Source of the DNA: Gemmatimonadales bacterium
Lineage (GTDB): Bacteria > Gemmatimonadota > Gemmatimonadetes > Gemmatimonadales > GWC2-71-9
Assembly (NCBI GenBank): GCA_013694695.1
Contig: JACDBX010000015.1
Coordinates: 4,187 to 68,186 of the forward strand
Length of the DNA: 64,000 nucleotides
Direction: 5' to 3'
Shown: one piece after another, positions 46,811 to 55,964 of the stretch
Position numbering within the stretch: position 1 is the stretch's first letter
Layout: each line of letters begins with the position of its first letter
Notes under the pieces: generated by a model
Database searches by the model: none
The model's input: only the letters and a program-made list of their open reading frames with translations
Told to the model about the DNA's origin: nothing
Translations under genes and position numbers: made by a program

Positions 46811-48775
46811 ATGCGCTCTCCTGCCTCACACCTGGCCACGCTCGTCGTGGCCTCCCTTGGCGTCGCCACAGCCACTCCCCTTGGCGCCCAGGTCACCACC
46901 GACTCGACCAGGTCGGCCGGTCTTCCCGCAATCGTTGTCACCGCGACCCGTGTGCCGATTGCGGCGGTGACGGCAGCCGCGACCGTGCTCCGCGGGGACG
47001 ACCTCCGTCGTCAGGGCATCACCACCCTTGGCGAGGCGCTGCAGCTCGTTCCTGGCCTGGCGGTGGTGCAGACCTCGTCACCTGGAACCCGGACGTCGGT
47101 CTACACCCGCGGCGGTGAGAGCGGCTACACCCGCGTCCTGGTCGATGGCGTGGCGGTGAACGACCCCGGCGGCGATCACGACTACGCAAACCTCACCATC
47201 GACGACGTCGACCGGATCGAGGTGATCCGCGGTCCGTCCAGCGTGCTCTACGGCACCGACGCGGTGAGCGGCGTGATCCAGGTGTTCACTCGTCAGGGGC
47301 AGGGCCGGCTGCGACCGGAGCTCAAGGCTGGCACGGGGTCATTCGGGAGTCGCGCACTTCACGGCGCAGTGTCGGGAGGCAACGCCAATGGCGGATATCG
47401 CATCGGCGCTGGTCACACCCGGACCGATGGCATTCACGCCTTCAACAGCGGCTACAGCCAGACATTCATCAACGGCACCGGTCGGGCTGGACGCCGCGAC
47501 CTGGGCGACGTTGCAGTGGCGGTGCACTACTCCGATGCCACCGTGCACGTTCCCACGAATGGCAGTGGCGCGGTGGTTGACCGCAACGCCTTCCAGTCGG
47601 GCGAGCGGGTGACAGTGGGGCTCGATCTCGGTCGCCAGCTCACGCAGCGAGTGGAAGCACGCTTGCTTCTCGCCGAACATCGCACCGACGGCGGCTTCAC
47701 CGACCGGCCCGACGACGTCGCCGACACGGTGGGCTTCTTTGCGCAGGCCAGCGTCGATCATGTCGCGCGGCGCAGTGCCGACCTGCGGACCAATGTCCGA
47801 ATCGCTGCTGCCACCGTGGTGACGTTTGGCGGCCTGGCGGAACAGCAACAGCAGCGCGGCACTCTCGACATCGACAGCGAGTTCGGCCCATTCTCGAGCA
47901 CGACCGATGTCGAGCGCATTACCCGCGCCGGATACGCACAGGCAGTCGGCACAACGGCCGCAGTGGCATGGAACCTTGGGATTCGCGTTGACCACAGCAG
48001 CGTATTCGGGACATTCGGAACATGGCGCGGCGGCCTCGCAGTGACCGCGACGCCGACCACCCGCCTGCGCGCGGTGGCGGGACGCGCGTTCCGCGAGCCA
48101 ACGTTCTACCAGAACTTTGCGGAGGGGTTCGTGATCGGGAATCCCAACCTGCGCCCCGAGCAGGCGACGAGCTGGGAGATCGGCATTGACCAGCACGCGG
48201 CCAACGGTCGGGTGCTGGTCCGCGCCACCTGGTTCACGCAACACTTCACCGACCTGATCGAATACTCCTTCGGGACGGTGCCCGACGCGCCCAACTACTT
48301 CAATGTCGCCGGGGCGCGAGCACGCGGCATCGAGATCGAGATATCTGCGACCCTCACGCCCCGAGTCCGCGCCGATGTCGGCTATACCTGGTTGCACACC
48401 GAGGTGATCGAGGCCGGGTTCGACGACACTCCCACCGGATTTTTCGTGGAGGGCGTCACGCTGCTCCGGCGTCCCGCGCACAGTGCCACCGCAGCGGTCG
48501 CGTGGCAGGGAGGCCGTCGATCGACACTTCGGCTGCAGGCCATCCATCGCGGCACCCGCGAGGACCTTGATTACGCGGCCAACGGGCGGGCAACCCTGCC
48601 CGCAGTGACCACCGTCGACCTCTCCGTGAATGCCGTCGTGCGACCGGCAACGCCGGGCCGACCTGGCCTGGCCATCACCGGCCGGTTGAGCAATGCCCTC
48701 GACGAGCAGTACGAATCAGTGCTCGGCTTCCGGTCCCCCGGTCGCGCGTTCACGGTCGCGCTGCGGGTCGATTGA
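46811..48775 (+). CDS. btuB: TonB-dependent receptor, BtuB-like (vitamin B12 uptake inferred from the riboswitch)
   Basis: Signal peptide. TonB box/plug (IVVTATR, IEVIRGPSSVLYGTDAVSGVIQVFT). C-terminal barrel. Confidence 0.8.
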   Translation: MRSPASHLATLVVASLGVATATPLGAQVTTDSTRSAGLPAIVVTATRVPIAAVTAAATVLRGDDLRRQGITTLGEALQLVPGLAVVQTSSPGTRTSVYTRGGESGYTRVLVDGVAVNDPGGDHDYANLTIDDVDRIEVIRGPSSVLYGTDAVSGVIQVFTRQGQGRLRPELKAGTGSFGSRALHGAVSGGNANGGYRIGAGHTRTDGIHAFNSGYSQTFINGTGRAGRRDLGDVAVAVHYSDATVHVPTNGSGAVVDRNAFQSGERVTVGLDLGRQLTQRVEARLLLAEHRTDGGFTDRPDDVADTVGFFAQASVDHVARRSADLRTNVRIAAATVVTFGGLAEQQQQRGTLDIDSEFGPFSSTTDVERITRAGYAQAVGTTAAVAWNLGIRVDHSSVFGTFGTWRGGLAVTATPTTRLRAVAGRAFREPTFYQNFAEGFVIGNPNLRPEQATSWEIGIDQHAANGRVLVRATWFTQHFTDLIEYSFGTVPDAPNYFNVAGARARGIEIEISATLTPRVRADVGYTWLHTEVIEAGFDDTPTGFFVEGVTLLRRPAHSATAAVAWQGGRRSTLRLQAIHRGTREDLDYAANGRATLPAVTTVDLSVNAVVRPATPGRPGLAITGRLSNALDEQYESVLGFRSPGRAFTVALRVD

Positions 48776-48782
48776 CGGAAAT

Positions 48783-48816
48783 CGGCCCGGGCGCCATCGA
48801 CGTGGCGCCCGGGCCG
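48783..48816. terminator. bidirectional hairpin terminator (14-bp perfect stem)
   Basis: CGGCCCGGGCGCCA-TCGACG-TGGCGCCCGGGCCG between convergent genes. Confidence 0.7.
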
Positions 48817-48842
48817 TGCTCCGACAGTGACTTCCCCGCAAC

Positions 48843-49985
48843 TCACATTGCGAGGATCGCCCTCGCGATGACCATTCGCTGAATCTCGCTTGTACCCTCG
48901 CCAATCGTGCACAGCTTGACGTCCCGGTAGTACTTCTCGGCGGGATACTCCTTGATGAACCCGTAGCCGCCGTGGATCTGGACGCCCTTGTCGCTGGCCC
49001 GCACCGCCACTTCGGAAGCGTACAGCTTGGCCATCGCAGACCACGTGGTGGTCCGATCGCCAGCATCCTTGAGCGCCGCCGCACGGTAGCAGAGCAAACG
49101 GGCTGCCTCGATCTCGGTGGCCATATCCGCCAGCATGAACTGGATCGCCTGAAAGCCGGCGATCGACTGCCCGAACGCCGTCCGCTGCTTCGCATAGGAC
49201 CGCGCCGCCTCGTACGCGCCGCGCGCGATGCCCACGGCGAGCGCACCGATCGATATCCGCCCACCGTCGAGCACCTTCATCGAGTCGATGAATCCGTAAC
49301 CGACCTTGCCCAGCACGTTCTCCGCGGGAACTCGACAGTCCTCGAGTACGAGTTCGGCGGTGTCCGACATCCGCATGCCGAGCTTGTTCTCCTTCTTCCC
49401 TGGTCGGATGCCGTCACGATCCATCTCGATGGCAAAGGCGGTGATTCCATGCTTCTTGTCCGCGCGGTCGGTCACCGCGAGCACCACTGCGACGTTCGCG
49501 TGCGTGGCATTCGTGATGAAGTTCTTGGTGCCGTTGAGGACCCACGTGTCGCCGTCCTGCACCGCGATGGTGTGCATGCCCGATGCATCACTCCCCGACG
49601 ACGGCTCGGTCAGTGCCCAGCAGCCGATCCACTCGCCGCTGGTGAGCTTCGGCAGGTAGCGCTGGCGCTGCTCCTCATTGCCGGCGAGATAGATGTGCCC
49701 GGCACAGAGAGAATTGTGGGCGGCCACCGCCAGGGCGACGCCGGACTCCACCACCGCCAGTTCCTCGATGATGTTGACGTAGTCGACGTACGACAGCCCG
49801 GCCCCGCCGTACTTCTCCGGAAAGATGGCCCCCAGCATGCCGAGCTCGCCGAGCTTGCGCATGACATCGACCGGAAAATGCTGGGCCTCGTCCCACTCCA
49901 TGACGTTCGGCTTGATCTCGGCTTCCGCAAAGTCACGTACCATCTGCTTGATCTGGTCCTGCTCGTCGGTCAGGCTGAAGTCCAT
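48843..49985 (-). CDS. acyl-CoA dehydrogenase (short/branched-chain type)
   Basis: 380 aa. ALTEPSSGSDA, FITNA, QIHGGYGF, IGEGTSEIQR. Confidence 0.9.
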   Translation of the reverse strand: MDFSLTDEQDQIKQMVRDFAEAEIKPNVMEWDEAQHFPVDVMRKLGELGMLGAIFPEKYGGAGLSYVDYVNIIEELAVVESGVALAVAAHNSLCAGHIYLAGNEEQRQRYLPKLTSGEWIGCWALTEPSSGSDASGMHTIAVQDGDTWVLNGTKNFITNATHANVAVVLAVTDRADKKHGITAFAIEMDRDGIRPGKKENKLGMRMSDTAELVLEDCRVPAENVLGKVGYGFIDSMKVLDGGRISIGALAVGIARGAYEAARSYAKQRTAFGQSIAGFQAIQFMLADMATEIEAARLLCYRAAALKDAGDRTTTWSAMAKLYASEVAVRASDKGVQIHGGYGFIKEYPAEKYYRDVKLCTIGEGTSEIQRMVIARAILAM

Positions 49986-50102
49986 CGCTGTTCGCTCCGG
50001 TAATTTCGACTCGGGATCGCGGTACCTGCTGTCCCGGAAACTACCGGATGGTGGCCCGAGACGGCAGGGCGAACGGGACAGCGCGGCCGGACTTGCCGCG
50101 TT

Positions 50103-51335
50103 TCATGGCGTCGACAGGGTGACTCCCGCAAGCTGCACGATCGCCCCCAGGGTGGTCTGCGCCGCGTTCAGCCCGAGCCGGAAGTCGTCGTCGGAAAAAG
50201 TCGCGAACACATCCGTCGGCTGGTGCCAGTGCGGGTCCCAACCACGTCCGATCTGCGAAAGGCGCTCGTTCTCGCGAAGCGAGATCGCCGGCGCGAGGTC
50301 CGCGAACGGCGCAGAATCGGTGTTGCTCATCCGGTCACCGACGGCCGCGGGGTAGTCGGTGGCGTAGCGGTCATTCGCAGCGCGGAACAGCCAGGCGAGA
50401 CGCTGCGATTCCGCGGCCATCGCCGAGCCACCTGCGAACTCGATGTTCACGTCCGCCTCGGCGCGTTGCACCGGGCTCACCTTGCCGGTCGAATCGGGCA
50501 TGCCATGATCGAACAGCATCATGTCGTGCTGGATCACCCCGAGCCAGCGCGGCTCGGGGTAGCGACCGGATCCCGCGGGCGACTCCTCGCCCTGCTTTGG
50601 CCCGCGGGTCGCCACGTAAGCGCGGCTGCCGTTTAGCCCAGTCTCCTCGTTGTTCCAGAGGACGAACCGGATCGATCGCTCGCTTGTGACTCCGGGTGCA
50701 TTGAGCACGCGGGCGAGCTCGAGCACGATCGCCGTACCCGACCCATCGTCGTTGGCGGCCTCGCCGAAGCCGTGGCCGTCCATGTGTGCGCTCACGATGA
50801 ACATCTCGTCGGGGCGCAATGTCCCGACCTTGGTGCAGTAGACCTGTTCACGCATGCCGGGCGTGTCCGGCTGTGCATTGAGGGCGCGAAGCGTCGAGTC
50901 GGGCTGGAGCTCCGGCTTGGTGTTCACGCCGGTCCGTCCGCGGTTGCCCTTCTGCGGGGGAACCGGTCGTGGTGCGGTCGCGGGACCGGCCGAGACGGTG
51001 GGCGGGGTTCCGGCCGGGCGGGTGGGGGGTCGAAGCTGCTGGCCGGTGTACTCGTACTCCATCCGCTCGGGCGCGCAGCCGTATGCGAGCAACTGTGCGG
51101 CAATCCAGTCGATCGCGGCGCGGTTCCGGTCAGTTCCCTGGCGGCGGTCGCCAAAGCGGGTAAGCCCGTGAATCGTTTCCTTGTAGCGGGCGAGTTCGAG
51201 GCGGGCGACGAGGTCACGCGCCGGATCAGGCGCGGAAGCGGCAGTCGGTGCCACCTGCGCAACCAGTGATCGAGGGGCGCAGGCAAACACGCCGACGAGA
51301 CATGCAAACGCAGCGACCGAACGAATCGCGGACAT
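50103..51335 (-). CDS. M28-family aminopeptidase, secreted
   Basis: Signal peptide from Met43. SAHMDGHG, FVLWNNEETGLNGSRAY. Confidence 0.75.
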   Translation of the reverse strand: MSAIRSVAAFACLVGVFACAPRSLVAQVAPTAASAPDPARDLVARLELARYKETIHGLTRFGDRRQGTDRNRAAIDWIAAQLLAYGCAPERMEYEYTGQQLRPPTRPAGTPPTVSAGPATAPRPVPPQKGNRGRTGVNTKPELQPDSTLRALNAQPDTPGMREQVYCTKVGTLRPDEMFIVSAHMDGHGFGEAANDDGSGTAIVLELARVLNAPGVTSERSIRFVLWNNEETGLNGSRAYVATRGPKQGEESPAGSGRYPEPRWLGVIQHDMMLFDHGMPDSTGKVSPVQRAEADVNIEFAGGSAMAAESQRLAWLFRAANDRYATDYPAAVGDRMSNTDSAPFADLAPAISLRENERLSQIGRGWDPHWHQPTDVFATFSDDDFRLGLNAAQTTLGAIVQLAGVTLSTP

Positions 51336-51370
51336 CAGTGACCTCCCGTGAAGACGGACCGGAAGGGATT

Positions 51371-51931
51371 CTAGCGGTGATCGAACTCGATCACGAATCG
51401 ACCAGCACCGGTGGAATCGACGAGGCGGAAGCCGACGCGGCGGCTGAGACCGATCGCCCACTCCACCTGCGCCTCGAAGTCGCAGGTCAGGGTCATCTGC
51501 CGCAACAGCGGACCATCGAGGGTCCGGCTGCGATCCGCGATCGTCGAGCTCGCCTGCTCGCCATCGAATACGTGCGCATCGACAGGGAATAGCTTGACCA
51601 GCAGGACAGCCTCACCGACGACATCAACCGGTTCTCCCGAGCCGCACTGCATTGCCGGGCCTGATGCGTAGCTGATATTGATGGTCGGGGTCACCCCGCC
51701 GCGCATCGTGAAAACGATCGACGAATCTGTCGGCTCGGCTGCGTCGAGCACCGAAACCGGGGGCGCTGCGTCGCCCGTCCGTGCGATGGCGACGGTGTCG
51801 AATATCGGCGCCACCTTGACCGATGGGATCGCCGATGAGTCGGCCGGCGGGGGCGGGGAGGCCCCACCGCACCCGCTCGTCACGACGAGCAAGCCAACAA
51901 GGGATGCAAGCTGCTCACCGAGCCGCGGCAT
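51371..51931 (-). CDS. hypothetical lipoprotein
   Basis: MPRLGEQLASLVGLLVVTSGC lipobox. No family recognised. Confidence 0.45.
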   Translation of the reverse strand: MPRLGEQLASLVGLLVVTSGCGGASPPPPADSSAIPSVKVAPIFDTVAIARTGDAAPPVSVLDAAEPTDSSIVFTMRGGVTPTINISYASGPAMQCGSGEPVDVVGEAVLLVKLFPVDAHVFDGEQASSTIADRSRTLDGPLLRQMTLTCDFEAQVEWAIGLSRRVGFRLVDSTGAGRFVIEFDHR

Positions 51932-51932
51932 C

Positions 51933-52157
51933 TCAGGCGAGTTCGTTCGAGTCGTCACCGTCGAGCACGAAGGTCACCATGAGATTGACCTGGAACTCCA
52001 CGATCTTGTCGCCATCGACACGAACCGACTGCTCCTTCACCCACGCGCTGCGGACATTGCGAAGCGTCTTGGTGGCGCGGCTCATCCCGGTCTTGATGGC
52101 GTCCTCGAAGCCGGTCTTCGAGGTCGAACTGATCTCGGTCACGCGTGCGATGGACAT
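51933..52157 (-). CDS. dodecin-family flavin-binding protein
   Basis: 74 aa. ARVTEISSTSKTGFEDAIKTGMSRATKTLRNVRSAWV matches my recollection of dodecins. AAGAGGAG lies upstream. Confidence 0.7.
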   Translation of the reverse strand: MSIARVTEISSTSKTGFEDAIKTGMSRATKTLRNVRSAWVKEQSVRVDGDKIVEFQVNLMVTFVLDGDDSNELA

Positions 52158-52245
52158 CTCGTGCTCCTCTTTGTTGGGACTGCAGGTTTGGTCACCAGGG
52201 CGACGACTTGGCTGACGACGCCGGGTGCCCTCGCGCGCACACCTG

Positions 52246-54144
52246 TCACACCCCGGCGCCGATCGCCTCGAGTGCCTCCCATCGTGCCATCAGCGCGGTG
52301 ATCTCGGCCTCGAGTGCGGCGAGATCCCGGGCTGCATGCGTTCGCCGCTCGTCGTCCCGCACGACCTCGGGCGTTGCCAGGTGAAGAAAGAGTGCCTGCC
52401 GTGCCTCTTCGCGCGCATCGATGGTCGCGGGGAGCGCCGCGAGTTCGGCCTGCTCCGCCATGTTGAGCCGGCGGCGGCGCGACGGCTCCCGGCGCGCCGA
52501 GGCAAGTGGCCTGCGCACCGCGATTTCCGTCTGTCGAGCAGCGGTGGACACCTGGCGTCGCCAGTCGGTGTAGCCGCCGACATATTCCCCGACCACGCCG
52601 TCACCCTCCATCACCATCGTGCTGGTGACCACGTTGTCGATGAACTCCCGGTCATGGCTCACGAGCAACAGCGTACCCGAAAAGTCCCCCAGCAACGCCT
52701 CCAGCATTTCGAGTGTGGGGATGTCGAGGTCGTTCGTCGGCTCGTCCATGACGAGCACGTTGAAGTGCCGCGTGAAGAGGCGGGCGAGGAGGAGACGGTT
52801 GCGTTCACCTCCCGAGAGCACGTGTACCGGCACGCGGGCGCGTTCCGGCGTGAAGAGGAAGTCCTGCAGGTACCCGAGGACGTGCTTGCGCCTGCCCCCG
52901 ACGTCGATGAACTCGCTGCCGTCACTGACGTTCTCGATCACCGTTCGTTCGGGGTCGAGTTGTTCGCGAAGCTGGTCGAAGTACGCCACGGCGAGCGACG
53001 TGCCGTGGCGCACCGTACCGCTCGCCGGGGCCAGCTCACCGAGCAACAGCCGGATCAGGGTCGTCTTGCCGGACCCATTCGGGCCGATCACGCCGATCCG
53101 GTCGCCCCTGAGAATCGTGGTGGTGAAGTCGCGCACGATCACGTTGGAACCGTGCGCGAATGCCAGGTCACGCGCCTCCACCACCATCCTGCCGGATCGT
53201 TCAGCCTCGTGTGCCGGCATTCGGGCCGTCCCGACCCGTTCGCGGCGCGCGGCACGCTCGACACGAAGCCGCTCCAGGGCCCGCACCCGCCCTTCGTTGC
53301 GGGTCCGTCGCGCCTTGATCCCGGTGCGGATCCATTCCTCCTCCCGCGCCAGCTTCCGGTCGAACTCGGCGCGCTGTCTCGCCTCCACCTCGAGTGAAGC
53401 TTCCTTCAGCTCGAGGTACGTGCCGTAGTCCGATCCCCAGTCCGACAGCACCCCGCGGTCGAGTTCCACCACCCGGGTGGCAAGACGCCGAATGAAGGCT
53501 CGGTCGTGCGACACGAACACCAGTGCCGTCGCGCGCTCGATGAGATAGTTCTCCATCCACGCAACCGCATCCACGTCGAGATGATTCGTCGGCTCATCAA
53601 GCAGGAGCACGTCGGGGTCGCCCACCAGCGCGCGGGCCAGCAGTGCCTGGCGCTTGCGCCCTCCCGATGCAGCGGCAAACTGGGCTTCCGGGTCGAGGCC
53701 AAGGTGTGACAGGACGGTCTCGATGCGAGTGTGGGCCTGCCATGCGTCGGCGGCCTCAAGGGCCTGATGCAGTCGGTCGAATTCACCCATGGCCGACTCG
53801 CCGTGATCGGTGGCGATGCGTTGAGCCGCGTCGTGATAGCGGGTGAGCAGGTTGCCGATCGTGCCCAGCCCACCGGCAACGACGTCGAACATCGTTCCGT
53901 CGGCGCGCACCGGTACGTCCTGCTCCAGGCGGGAAACCCGCATCCCGGTGCGCCGGACCACCAAACCGCCATTCGGGATCAGCGTACCCTCAAGAACCTT
54001 GAGCAATGTGCTCTTGCCGCTGCCATTGCGACCGAGCAACGTCACCCGCTCACCGTCCTCGATCGTCATGCTGGCGCCGTCGAGCACCAGCTCCTCCCCG
54101 AAGGAATGGGTCACGTCCTGCAGGGCGAGCAATGCCATCGACAA
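52246..54144 (-). CDS. ABC-F family ATPase (Uup-like)
   Basis: Two ABC cassettes (GRNGSGKSTLL and GPNGSGKTTLI, LSGGRKRQ and LSGGERNR) plus a C-terminal coiled-coil. Confidence 0.85.
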   Translation of the reverse strand: MSMALLALQDVTHSFGEELVLDGASMTIEDGERVTLLGRNGSGKSTLLKVLEGTLIPNGGLVVRRTGMRVSRLEQDVPVRADGTMFDVVAGGLGTIGNLLTRYHDAAQRIATDHGESAMGEFDRLHQALEAADAWQAHTRIETVLSHLGLDPEAQFAAASGGRKRQALLARALVGDPDVLLLDEPTNHLDVDAVAWMENYLIERATALVFVSHDRAFIRRLATRVVELDRGVLSDWGSDYGTYLELKEASLEVEARQRAEFDRKLAREEEWIRTGIKARRTRNEGRVRALERLRVERAARRERVGTARMPAHEAERSGRMVVEARDLAFAHGSNVIVRDFTTTILRGDRIGVIGPNGSGKTTLIRLLLGELAPASGTVRHGTSLAVAYFDQLREQLDPERTVIENVSDGSEFIDVGGRRKHVLGYLQDFLFTPERARVPVHVLSGGERNRLLLARLFTRHFNVLVMDEPTNDLDIPTLEMLEALLGDFSGTLLLVSHDREFIDNVVTSTMVMEGDGVVGEYVGGYTDWRRQVSTAARQTEIAVRRPLASARREPSRRRRLNMAEQAELAALPATIDAREEARQALFLHLATPEVVRDDERRTHAARDLAALEAEITALMARWEALEAIGAGV

Positions 54145-54262
54145 CCTCCGTCACAGGAACCAATCCGCGCGGGACGATAATGCCGCCGCACTCACCGACC
54201 AGCCCCACTTGCATCTTCGGGTTTTATTCGGTATCGTGGTGAGACACCCCCAGCTGGAGCCC

Positions 54263-54427
54263 ATGACGATGGTGTCGCTTCCCCCTATCTCTTCCCTCAC
54301 CCGTCGTCCGCTGCCGCCACGAATCCCGGCGGTGCATTACCGGGTTTGCCCGGAGTGCAGCGGTCCGATTGCGCCCTCGTCGGGGTGCGTGACCTGCATG
54401 GCCTGCGGATGGGGTCGGTGCGGATGA
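54263..54427 (+). CDS. possible 54-aa zinc-ribbon protein
   Basis: MTMVSL...VCPECSGPIAPSSGCVTCMACGWGRCG (CxxC-N10-CxxCxxC). In intergenic space, with third-position GC similar to neighbouring genes. Weak GGAG upstream. Confidence 0.3.
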   Translation: MTMVSLPPISSLTRRPLPPRIPAVHYRVCPECSGPIAPSSGCVTCMACGWGRCG

Positions 54428-54611
54428 TGCTCCCCTCAAGCCCGATGAACTGCTTCCGCACTCCCCGGCCTGACCGATGCCAGGCGCGGCCTGCCGGCTT
54501 TGCTGGTGTCGGTTCAGTGCGATCGGGGTGCGGCTTCCCGGCTGCAGAAAATGTCTCGGCCCGTGCCTGGAGGTCCGATTGAACTTGAAGAGCTGTTTCC
54601 GGCCAGGCGAG

Positions 54612-55196
54612 TCAGGCCCCCACCCGCCGGAAATAGCTGACCAGATCCGCGGCGCTGGGCAGCATCCAATGGTCGAGGAAGCCGAAGGCGCCGTCGGCCC
54701 TCAGTGTGGCATAACCGTGCATCACCGACCAGAGCCCGACCGCGTTCCGGATTCCGTCCTCTGACGAGGACGACGGCTCCACCCCCTCGATCGCCGCCGC
54801 CAGTTCAGCAAAGGTGCCCCGCTCCGCCTCGTCCAGCCCAGGGTGGCGCTTAGCTGCCCGGAGACGGGGGCCGAACATCACCCTCACCAGCCCAGGTTCC
54901 CGGGCTACGAAGTCGCAGTACGCGACCCCGATGGCCTCCAGGTGCCGCCCCCCGTCGGATTCGGTCGCGGCGTGCCGGATCAGTTCGGTAAGCGCCCGGA
55001 AGCCCTCTGCCGCGACGGCGCCGAGCAAAGCGTCCTTGTCCTCAAAATGGCGGTATGGGGCGTTGGCACTCACCCCCACCTCACGTGCGGCCTGACGGAG
55101 GGACAGTGACTCAGGGTCGCGGTCCAGAAGGAGGCGCCGCGTCGCGTCGATTAAGGCAGCGCGCAGGTTCCCGTGGTGATAGCGGTTCTCGGGCAT
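54612..55196 (-). CDS. TetR-family transcriptional regulator
   Basis: Start MPENRYHHGNLRAALIDA. HTH LSLRQAAREVGVSANAPYRHF. Confidence 0.85.
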   Translation of the reverse strand: MPENRYHHGNLRAALIDATRRLLLDRDPESLSLRQAAREVGVSANAPYRHFEDKDALLGAVAAEGFRALTELIRHAATESDGGRHLEAIGVAYCDFVAREPGLVRVMFGPRLRAAKRHPGLDEAERGTFAELAAAIEGVEPSSSSEDGIRNAVGLWSVMHGYATLRADGAFGFLDHWMLPSAADLVSYFRRVGA

Positions 55197-55254
55197 CGGC
55201 CCCACCGTCGAATGTTTATATCGTACACACACCTGCGATCAGTGTGTTGACACA

Positions 55255-55911
55255 TCACACATTGGCATCTTCGTGCGTGAGGAGGTCCGCGAGCGGACTC
55301 CCTGCAACTCGTTCTGCCGACGCCACGCTTCGCTCGGCAGAAGCGGTTCGCGTCGCCCACATCTTCGCCATCGTAGCACGGGTATACACCGTCACCCGCA
55401 GGCGAACGCCGAACCGATCGAAAAGCCCGTCACTAGCTGCGACGAACCGATCGCCCCATCGGTGCACGGCCTCATCGGATTCCGTCACCACGACAACATG
55501 AACTGGCTGTCCGATTCCTTCCGCCGGAGCCCCCCCTGACCCGACGATCGCCACCGCCAGCACCCCTTCTGCTTTCGCCGCCACCGTCGCGAGCTCCGAT
55601 CTCAGTGCTGGCCGGTAATCCGACTCGGCCCGTATCAGGCCGAGGAGCGCCGGGACCAGCCGGTGGGTGGCCACAATCGCGTACATCCGCTCGTGACTCT
55701 CGCCAATCCGCTCCAGGAGCCCGACCCCGACCAAGTCACGCACAGCCAGATCGATCGACCGATAGGCCATCGGAGCCCGCCGGCACATCGCCTGACAGGA
55801 GAGCGGTACAGCCGAGGCAGCGAGGAGCCGGAGCACGGCCAGCTTGGCCCGAGTTCCCAGGATGGCGTCAAGCGGGTGAATGGAAGCCGAGGTCGTCCTG
55901 GATTTTGCCAT
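55255..55911 (-). CDS. winged-helix protein fused to a degenerate nucleotidyltransferase-like domain
   Basis: N-terminal wHTH-like segment (KLAVLRLL...SIDLAVRDLVGVGLLERIG). The central IVGSGG...VHVVVVTESDE resembles a minimal NTase GS...D.D motif but is degenerate. Confidence 0.4.
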   Translation of the reverse strand: MAKSRTTSASIHPLDAILGTRAKLAVLRLLAASAVPLSCQAMCRRAPMAYRSIDLAVRDLVGVGLLERIGESHERMYAIVATHRLVPALLGLIRAESDYRPALRSELATVAAKAEGVLAVAIVGSGGAPAEGIGQPVHVVVVTESDEAVHRWGDRFVAASDGLFDRFGVRLRVTVYTRATMAKMWATRTASAERSVASAERVAGSPLADLLTHEDANV

Positions 55912-55920
55912 TATTAAAAT

Positions 55921-55939
55921 ATAAAGTATTACACTTTAT
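55921..55939. promoter_or_regulatory. inverted repeat ATAAAGT-N5-ACTTTAT in an AT-rich 40-bp island
   Basis: Read directly. It lies 10-28 nt upstream of the wHTH gene ATG (55911), in a GC-rich genome. Confidence 0.4.
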
Positions 55940-55964
55940 TAGCATAGAAGGCGTACAAAGAGGC

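Noticed and set aside
47339-53397. Other long antisense ORFs: 47339-48547 (-), 48972-50003 (+) and 52225-53397 (+). Also 58833-59906 (+), 60761-61918 (-), 15830-16855 (+) and 26048-27298 (-) elsewhere in the window.
   Set aside because: Each lies opposite a gene with strong family motifs. All have the Arg/Gly/His/Asp-rich composition expected of non-coding frames in GC-rich DNA.
55227-55247. ACACAC-N9-GTGTGT inverted repeat between the wHTH gene and the TetR gene, considered as a TetR operator
   Set aside because: The arms are only 6 bp and consist of dinucleotide-repeat sequence, so chance occurrence is plausible. Left as unproven.
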